In this document: piece by piece, positions 55,352 through 64,000 of the stretch | Layout of the letters: every line of letters begins with the position of its first letter | Numbering within the stretch: the stretch's first letter is position 1 | Assembly: GCA_951406725.2 (NCBI GenBank) | Contig: OX597817.1 | Coordinates: 142,600,001 to 142,664,000, forward strand | Reading direction: 5' to 3' | Source of the DNA: Octopus vulgaris | Taxonomy: Eukaryota | DNA length: 64,000 nucleotides | Made by a program: the position numbers and the translations under genes | The notes under the pieces: generated by a model | The model's input: only the letters and a program-made list of their open reading frames with translations | What the model was told of the DNA's origin: nothing | Database searches by the model: none

Positions 55352-55829
55352 CATGTATGTATATGTATATAAATATATATATGTACATCTGTGAATGCAT
55401 ATATATTTATTTATACATACATGCATGTATTTATATAAATATATATGTATATGTGTATGTGTGTGTGTGTGATGTATATGCATACATATGTGTATTTACA
55501 TGGGGAGTATAGAAGGGATTGTAATGTCAAATAGGACTATTATTAATACCATAAAAGATGGATTCCTTGACCTAATCAAACTATCTCTTCTCCAAGGAAT
55601 ATAGAAAAGCTGCATTTTGGCAATAGGGACCAACTTCAAATTAGAAGACAAGACAGTGCTATAGATCAGGAATTATCAAGAAATGAAGTTCCATCAAGCA
55701 CCGCAGTCTTCGATTATGGGGAGGCAACAAAACAGTCGTGGACGCGTGTTTCGTCGCTGTCGTTCAGATAATACCAATAGCCATTCTTTTCGTTTGTGCA
55801 GATTTCTTACGCAAAATATGTTCTAACAG

Positions 55830-56383
55830 AGCGGCGATCTGGCACGTCGGGCGAAATCCTTAGCAGTATTTCGTCTGCCATGTGGAGGCGCAATGGCCCA
55901 GTGGTTAGGGCAGCGGACTGGCGGTCATAGGATCGCGGTTTCGATTCCCAGACCGGGCGTTGTGAGTGTTTATTGAGCGAAAACACCTAAAAAGCTCCAC
56001 GAGGCTCCGACAGGGGATGGTGGTGATCCCTGCTGTACTCTTTCACCACAACTTTCTCTCACTCTTACTTCCCGTTTCTGTTGTACCTGTATTTCAAGGG
56101 GCCGGCCTTGTCACTCTCTGTGTCACGCTGAATATTCCCGAGAACTACCTTAAGGGTGCACGTGTCTGTGGAGTGCTCAGCCACTTACGCGTTAATTTCA
56201 CGAGCAGGCTGTTCTGTTATTTCGTCTGCCGGTATTTCGTTCTGAGTTCAAATTCCGCCGAGGTCAACTTTGCCTTTCATCCTTTCGGGGTTGATAAATT
56301 AAGTACCAGTTGCGTACTGTGGTCGATCTAATCGACTGGCCCTTCCCCAAAAATTTCGGGTCTTGTGCCTAGAGTAGAAAAGA
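55830..56383 (+). mobile_element. Family A SINE interrupted by a nested family C SINE (55882-56217)
   Basis: 13-bp direct repeat TATTTCGTCTGCC at 55867-55879 and 56218-56230. Confidence 0.88.
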
Positions 56384-57774
56384 GAAGAATATATTTGTCC
56401 TAATGGGGCGGTGAACTGGCAGAATCGGTAGCATCCAGAATCGGTAGTACTTCGTCTGCGTTCAAATTCCACTCAGGTCGACTTTGCTTTTTAACCTTTT
56501 GAGGTCGATTAAATAGGTACCAGTTACGCACTAGTTTATCCCCTCTATGTTTAGCCAATAAAGAAATGAATATATTTGTTCAAATTTTCTGGTGGTGGTG
56601 GTGGTGGTGGTGGTGGTGGTGATATACTCAATGGATCACTTGGTTTTGGTGCAATTCTTCCATGTTTGTTTTATTTTATGTTTGTCAGGTTTGAAATGGG
56701 GATACAGTGTTAATAGGTTGTAATCGTAAAACTTTTGTGGCGGAGAGTTTGAGTATCGGAGAGCCAGCTTACTGCAACAACGAATAATTTTTGGTATTAG
56801 TAATTTTCTGTCGTTGTGCGAATGAGGGAGACGAGGAGCATATTTTGAGACACACTTCTCTTTTCTAATGTATGTGATTCTTTTAGTTTCCTATAATTTA
56901 TTATGGGAGAGATGGGAGATCAAGGCAGAACAAATGTTTTACGTAGAATTGAACTTTTTAATCTCTACAATAATCTTAATATTTCTTTGTATCCCGGACA
57001 CAGTATTGCTTTTTCTAATGTCTTCTGCATGTTCAGCGAATGTTATGCAATTATGTTTGTGATTAATAGCAGTTTTATTCTTGTGTGGGTGATATGGTGT
57101 GATTGTTAAACGAGATGATTGGTCGTAAATGAGGTTTCTTGGTCTTACTGGTTAGGATGGAATGATTGTGACCTTGTCTGGTTATCCTGAATACCTTGAA
57201 AGAATTTGTACGGCTTTGTTTAAGGAGTGGTGAGATTTGTCTATGATATCCTCTGCGCACGAAACCTGTGTGCATATTTTGGGGATTAAAGGAAAGTCTA
57301 ATATATACCAGTTACAGAGAATGTGGGAAAATATCGTGATAGTTCGAAAACGTGTCAGATTCTGCCGGATGTTGTAGGACTAAGCCGTCGAAATCTTTGC
57401 AGATGTTGATGACACATCTAGGATGTTGTTGATGATGTCACATATTTTCTAAAGGACAATGTGACCGTTAGTTATTTCAAAAATGGCTCTTAAAAAAGTT
57501 ATTGATTATTTTCATAATAAAGTGTTATATGTATGTAATATTTTATAAAATAGTCGTTTATGGTTCTGATGGCAGATTTTCAAAATATATTTGATGTATT
57601 ATCATGGTGTTGCTTATAATATTCGAAGCTTTTATTGTCATATATCTTGCGGGTTATCACCATGGTTACAGCTATTATTAATGCTAATTATTTTGTATAG
57701 ATTTCCACTGCTGTGTGTTCGATACAAATGAATTTTTCTCCAACTTCTGTTTTATTTGGTTCATTTCTTTGTTA

Positions 57775-58010
57775 TTTCCTTTTCTTTTACTATTTCTTTC
57801 AATTGTTTCCGTCATTAGACTGCGGCCATGCTGGGGCACTGTCTTAAAGAATTTTTGATCGAATGAATCTACCCCAGTACTCACAATTTTAGACCTCGTA
57901 CTTATTCTATCGGTCTCTTTTGACGTTCCGCTAGGTTACGAGAACATAAACACAACAACACCGGTTGTCAAGCGATGGTAGGGACAACCACAATCACAAA
58001 GACACACGCA
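57775..58010 (-). mobile_element. Family B SINE, 3' half
   Basis: gactgcggccatgctggggcac...tacttattctatcggtctc...ggttgtcaagcgatgg. Confidence 0.8.
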
Positions 58011-58087
58011 TAGATATATTCTCTTATTCTTCTATATGTTTATATATGTTTTAGCCCCAAGGTTGTGGCTACGCCGGGGCACCGACA

Positions 58088-58127
<40 letters not shown>

Positions 58128-58376
58128 TTAAAGAGAGAGAGATTTTGAAGTGATGTACAGATATTGTATATTTAGAATAAGAAGGTAGGCAGAATGTTGG
58201 ATGATACATATTCTTATTTACATTTTATTTACAATTTTAGCGCTTTCTTCCTTTATCGGATTTACCAAAAAGTGGTTTAAATGTAGATTTCTTGGCCATT
58301 TTGAATATGAAAAATTTTACATGCATACATACATATATACAAATATATTCATACATATATACACACACATATATAA

Positions 58377-58408
<32 letters not shown>

Positions 58409-58506
58409 TAAATATATAAATATATATATATATATACCGGAGTAAACACATAAATGTGAAACAAGGTGGAAAAAGAGTACTCAAATACCAGTGGTAGAGT
58501 AATATG

Positions 58507-58574
58507 CTTTATTTAAAGCAGCAGAAAATTCAACAAAATCTGTTTTGTTGAATTTTCTGCTGCTTTAAATAAAG
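58507..58574. repeat. Perfect 32-bp inverted repeat with a 4-nt loop
   Basis: ctttatttaaagcagcagaaaattcaacaaaa-tctg-ttttgttgaattttctgctgctttaaataaag. Confidence 0.95.
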
Positions 58575-58639
58575 TATATATATATATATACATATATATA
58601 TCTATGCTGATTGTCTACTCTCTATGCGGTCTCTGATCA

Positions 58640-59215
58640 CCTCCTGTACCTAAACCTTAGCTTCATCATGGTGTTTGATGTGGCTTTTTAAAGGCACCCA
58701 CATGGATTGCATATCCAATTTGGGCCACCACGGGCTGTAGTTAAGTTCTGATCTTTGTAGATCTTAAAATAACTTTTGAGGACTCCATTAGAATTGCAGA
58801 CCTTATGGCATATATGGCATTGAAAGGTGGGCATAGATATATAAACAGAATAGTTGGTGGAGGTTCGTTTTTCATGGGTCCGGAAATGAGGTTTGAAGTT
58901 AGCAAAAGAAAGTCATGGTCTGTCTCAAACTGTGCACTCAAAAAGGTCATTGTGATTCACCTTCTCAATCATAACATTCTTCTTTAAATCTCTCTTGAGT
59001 CTTGCATGCATTATCTTGACCTCTTCAAAGCCTTTCACTCCACTCTACACTTTTGTTCGCCATCTAGCTCGATCCGAAGTAAGGGTTTCTATGTCCTCTG
59101 GGTCCATTCCAAGAGATTTCATGGTAGCCTTTATACCCTTCGGAATGATATTTGATCTCTTTATAGCATCTGGATGTCGGTTTGGTGTCTGGAGCGAGAT
59201 AGCTTACCGCATGAG
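58640..59215 (-). pseudogene. RTE-type LINE ORF C-terminus remnant with tandem C2H2-like zinc fingers
   Basis: RSRH-KP..RCYKE, IKATMKSLGMDPEDIETLTSDRARWRTKV*SGVKGFEE..HARLKR, then three degenerate CxxC...H fingers. Confidence 0.75.
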
Positions 59216-59458
59216 CAGATATAAGCTCTTTTACCTTGGTTGGTAAATAAAACTTGAGGACTTGGATGTTCTTGGTTTTGTCAGTTATCATGTCACGCTA
59301 GCGAAAATCTTCTTAGGCGAATAGTTGAGGAGTAGTGCAGTGCAAGGTATATATATATATATATTTACATCTAATATAGGATAAAATTTTCGAAAAAATA
59401 TTATCAATGGCCAGCATATTAAAAAAATACCTTTAAAGATTAAATTTATAAACAACTA

Positions 59459-59652
59459 ATAAACAAGGGCAAAAGAAAGAAAATTCAATACCAAATATGG
59501 TGAAATAGACGTAATCGTCAATAACCATATAATTTATCACTATAAGCACGAGTCTCGAAACGCCTACTTATAGTGATAAATTATATGCTTAGTGACGATA
59601 AAGTCTATTTCGGCATATTTGGCATTGAATTTTTTCTTTTGTCCTTGTTTAT
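59459..59652. repeat. Imperfect ~88-bp inverted repeat with a 20-nt spacer, inside a (TA)n-flanked unit
   Basis: Arms 59459-59546 and 59567-59652; spacer contains ctcgaaacgc. Confidence 0.85.
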
Positions 59653-59653
59653 A

Positions 59654-59729
<76 letters not shown>

Positions 59730-60247
59730 GTATTTTAATACATCTATGATAACCATTTTTTAACACAACTGAGTCTACTCAAAGTCTTACATTTTTCTTT
59801 CGAAAAGTACAAGTATGAAGAGATCTGTGATGCTGGCCAGAAGTAGCTGCCATGAAATTTCTATGCAGTTATAGTGGTTAGGTGCATAGAACAACGCATA
59901 ACGTCTGGGAAAATGATATTGTCTTCGTCTCGGTGAAGTCAATAGGTGTGTTTATATGGCATATTTAAGATGCGGAGTCTGATTAGTTGGAATATTGTTG
60001 TGTCACCTCTTGTACTACATGTGTTGTTTTGTACCAGTATGCGTTATAGATATATGTGCTTCCGTCAATAAGTGAGCCGAATTCTTGTATTGATTAAGTT
60101 AACTTAATGGGAAGTTTCCTTCATTTCATAATTTGTTCGTTTTTCTTTTTCATTGGGGAAGGGTAAAATTTTTCTGAGACTGTTTTCGTACTTTAAATTA
60201 AAGAACGATTGGCTTGTATCTATTCCTCAAGCTATGCATGTTATACG

Positions 60248-60454
60248 CTTTACTCTTTTACTCTTTTACTTGTTTCAGTCATTTGACTGCGGCCATGCTC
60301 GAGCACCGCTCTTTTTAGTCGAACAAATCGAGCCCAGGACTTATTCTTTGTAAGCCTAGTACTTATTCTATCGGCCTCTTTTGCTGAACTGGTTGTCAAG
60401 CGACGTTGGAGGTACTAACACAGACACACAAACATATAAACACACAAATACATG

Positions 60455-60511
<57 letters not shown>

Positions 60512-60676
60512 GACAGACTTCTTTCAGTTTCCGTCTACCAAATCCACTTATAAGGCTTTGGTCGGGCCGAGGATATATATCAGAAGACACTTGCCCAAGG
60601 TGCTACGCAGTGGGACTGAACCCGAAACCATGTGGTTCGTAAGCAAGCTACTTACCACACAGCCACTCCTACGCCT
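60248..60676 (-). mobile_element. Family B SINE, near full length, with internal (TA)n
   Basis: Reverse-complement match to 42989-43371, including the head accacacagccactcct. Confidence 0.9.
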
Positions 60677-61610
60677 AAAAGAACATGAGGACTTCTCTTA
60701 TGTAAATCTCTCCTACCTCATCAATATACAATTTCGAATTTATGCTTGAGTTATAATTTTATTTCTTGAACAATAAGTTGAATGTCATACGTTCTGACGT
60801 TTGTTATTTCCATAAAGACGTTTATATTTCAGAAGTATTCCATAAAATATATTACAGTGTGTTTAAATTTCTGTGCATTTCGTTTATATGGTGTATGTTG
60901 TATATATTTTTTGTTTCCGTGTACATTTATGTTTGAGGCGTCCATGTTTACGTTTCCAGTTTAAATTTACTGCAGGACTATGACTGTAAGAAGAGAGATA
61001 TTTACGACACAACCAGATTTCCTTGTGAGTTTTTAAGAGTTTATACGAGATTTTCATGGTTTTTGTTGTCTGTTTAAGTGCGTCAGTCTGTGGTGGGTTG
61101 TATTAGCCTTCAGAATATTTTGTTTCATGTTTGGTGCTGAGGAGTGTTATTTGTGTTGTTTTCATGTTACGTACGGTACCGCATGCCTACCCTTACTACA
61201 CGAACCTGTGACGAATCGCTATCATCTCACTAAAACTACTACAGAAGAAAGGATCGGTCTGTCTTCTTTTTGCAGATAAATCTAAGACTATGGTAACCGA
61301 TATTTTTAATCCATTTTAAAATTGTGTGATAAATCTGAGAATCATTGCCTGCCATTTGTAGAATTGCAAAACTATATTTGCAAAGACAATTTCCCCCAGA
61401 AAGTAACCGTTTGTGTGAGAGAAGTAGAGAAGAACGGCCTGACTTCATCTTGCTATCTTTGTACTACATTACTGAAACATAAATCTAGGAAATAATTCTT
61501 TTGGTTGGTAAATGTTCTGGAAATTACAGAACTTCTCTGTTATAGAAAATTTGGAGACACGCACTTACTTAGACTTGAACATGTATATATGTGTGTGTGT
61601 ATGTACGTAC

Positions 61611-61644
<34 letters not shown>

Positions 61645-62793
61645 GTATATATGTGTTTGTATACATATATATGTGTATATATATATATATATATCTTATA
61701 TACATATATATCATATATATATATACATATATATACATACATATATATATATATATTATATAATTCGTATATATATATATATATATATATATACATACAT
61801 ATATATATGCGCGTACCCGTGTATTTGTACGTATCTACCTTCCTATCCATGTATTTATCTCTGTATCTATCGGCTGAGAAAATACACACACACACACTCA
61901 CCCACACATATATTTACATATATATATATATATGTGTGTGTGTGTGCGTGCATGCATGTGTAGCACGTATATAAACATTGTTTAGAGAAAGACTTTTATT
62001 GAAGCATACATGCATATTAATACAAACTATTTGTATTTTGATACAGAACAGCTTACTCGACATATGTACATATGAACAAATATACATGTGTGTGTGTGTG
62101 TGTGTGTGTATGACTGTCTTCCTGCATTGAGTGTGCATCACGTGTGTCATAGTGTGTGTGCATATGTGAGTTTTTCCCCTTTTGTGAGTGTTCCTATGAT
62201 CTTAAATTTGTACATATTTGCATAATTCAAAATTGAATGGCTACACATCTTCTTGAATGCGCAGTGATATGCATGTAATTGTAAATCTATATTTCGCAAA
62301 AAATATCTAACAAACGAAATAATAAAAAGAATAAATACATGTTTGATTACATCGGTTTCTCCTTCTTCTTTTTGCCAATGTACTTTAAACCAAGTCTAAC
62401 CTATATGTGTAGATTTCCGTACTGTAGTGCTTAAATATTCTAGTATATAGTTTTGTGAATTTTGTCATCCGTGTAAGAAAAATATATAATTCTGTATCAC
62501 TGAGTCGCAGAGAAAAATCGTTTCTGGAAGGGGTATTATTTATATCTGAGACATATAGCCGCAGTGTATCTGTTTGCGTGAGTCTCTCTATGTCTGCTCA
62601 ATATAAATCTGTATCTCTCTGAATGCGTATATATACATTTATATGTGTGTGTATGTCTATGTGTGTATATATATATGTGTGTGTGTGTATGTGTATGTAT
62701 TTACATATATACGTGTGAGTATGTATATATATGTGCGTGTGCATGTGTGTATGTATTTGTATATATATATATATTATCCATCTATCTATCTAT

Positions 62794-62988
62794 CTAGCTC
62801 CTACACTCTTTTTTTTCAATCCTTGTTTCTCTCCTTGTTTCTTTTCTGTGTATCTTTCTGTCGAAGAGCGTAGGCTCGAAACGTAAAAGACTTGTTTTAT
62901 TTCTATTCCTGAGCGCCATACTAATACAATTATTTGTTTGTACTCCACCTGCCTTCGTCTTCTGTTTATTTTCGTAAACCTTCCCGTT
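62794..62988 (+). mobile_element. Family D repeat; hammerhead-like fold at 62853-62890
   Basis: tcttt-CTGTCGA-a-gagc(gtag)gctc-GAAA-C-GTA-aaaga. Confidence 0.75.
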
Positions 62989-63029
62989 ATGTATATATAT
63001 ACACACACAATATATTATATATATGTATC

Positions 63030-63071
<42 letters not shown>

Positions 63072-63305
63072 CTGTATGTATGTATACATACATACATGCA
63101 CATGTACGAATTCATACACATATATGTACATATAAGTACATATGTGATATTCATACATGTACGCACAGACATAAACGCACGCGCGCGCACCTGTATTACA
63201 TACACGTGTATGTGTATCTCTGTGGTCGCTGTGTGGAAATATTTTATAGATGTATTCTAATAATCATTTGTGTCTCTTTATTGCCGCGGAACCTGGGAAC
63301 AAATT

Positions 63306-63356
<51 letters not shown>

Positions 63357-63358
<2 letters not shown>

Positions 63359-63984
63359 ATCAAAGCATGCTTACCAAAACTACCAGGCTAACTTTCTTCA
63401 AAATGGTTCTAACCATAAACGGAGATTCTGTGATTAATGTGATAAAACAATAGACCATCTCTTCTCAGGATGTCCTGTGCTGACACCAAACGAATACAAA
63501 AATATACACTGTAGATTAGGAAAGAATTTACATCGGAAAATATGTAAACACTACAAAATCAACACTCCTGCTTACGGTATGAATATCATCCTGAGCCAAT
63601 CATTGAAGGTTAAAATGTCACCATCCTCTGAGATTTTCCACTCAACACCGACAGAACGATCCAGTCTAATCCACCAGACATCGCCCTTAAGGACAGAGAA
63701 GAAATACTTGTAGACTAATAGATGTAAGAGTTCCCACTGATAAAAATATATCTGTAACGGAATTTGGCAAATTGGGTAAATAAAAGGACCTGGAAATTGA
63801 AATACAAAACATATGGCATCATAAAGCGAGAACTGTTTCTGTTTTTCTAGGTGCACTAGGTATGATGAGAAAGGGATATTAGAAACATCTAGGAGACATC
63901 CCAGGGGAACAACGTCTCAGAGAAATCCGAAAGAAGGTGCTAAAATTTATTGCCCACATCCTTAGGAAAACCCTATCAATTTAA
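63357..63984 (+). pseudogene. 5'-truncated R4/Dong-type non-LTR retrotransposon remnant (restriction-like endonuclease domain) next to (TAA)n
   Basis: DHLFSGCPVL, LHRKICKHY, DRTIQSNPPDI, IDVRVP.DKNI, KDLEIEI, GALG, AHILRKTLSI*; (TAA)n at 63308-63356. Confidence 0.85.
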
Positions 63985-64000
63985 ATGTATGTTTTGTAAT

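Noticed and set aside
56620-57660. Penelope ORF remnant on the minus strand (similarly 59760-60130)
   Set aside because: Only faint GIY-YIG-like hints after assuming several frameshifts; not supportable by eye.

Overview
AT-rich, microsatellite-saturated animal genomic DNA (intergenic or deep intronic). The tRNA-derived SINE families and repeat density resemble Octopus/coleoid cephalopod DNA; this is pattern recognition, not a database result. No host protein-coding gene can be supported, and nearly all ORFs in the track are microsatellite translations. Recognisable coding remnants are all from transposons: a young 5'-truncated L1/Tx1-type LINE sitting in (GATA)n with 427 uninterrupted codons, a deleted mariner with TIRs and TA flanks, an old hAT transposase with an inverted duplicate, an RTE 3' end with three C2H2-like fingers, an R4/Dong-type 3' end next to (TAA)n, and a Penelope-type GIY-YIG remnant. 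The most notable signals are non-coding. (1) At least five unrelated short repeats carry minimal type-I hammerhead-ribozyme folds, including a head-to-head pair built as tRNA/Pol III head + (AAT)n + hammerhead tail (37190-37865). (2) One SINE subfamily shares its last 42 nt with the 3' end of the Tx1 LINE (34/42 identical) and forms concatemers with recurrent junctions. (3) SINE heads and tails are shuffled as modules. Coordinates of degenerate repeats are approximate, and all folds and alignments were done by eye.
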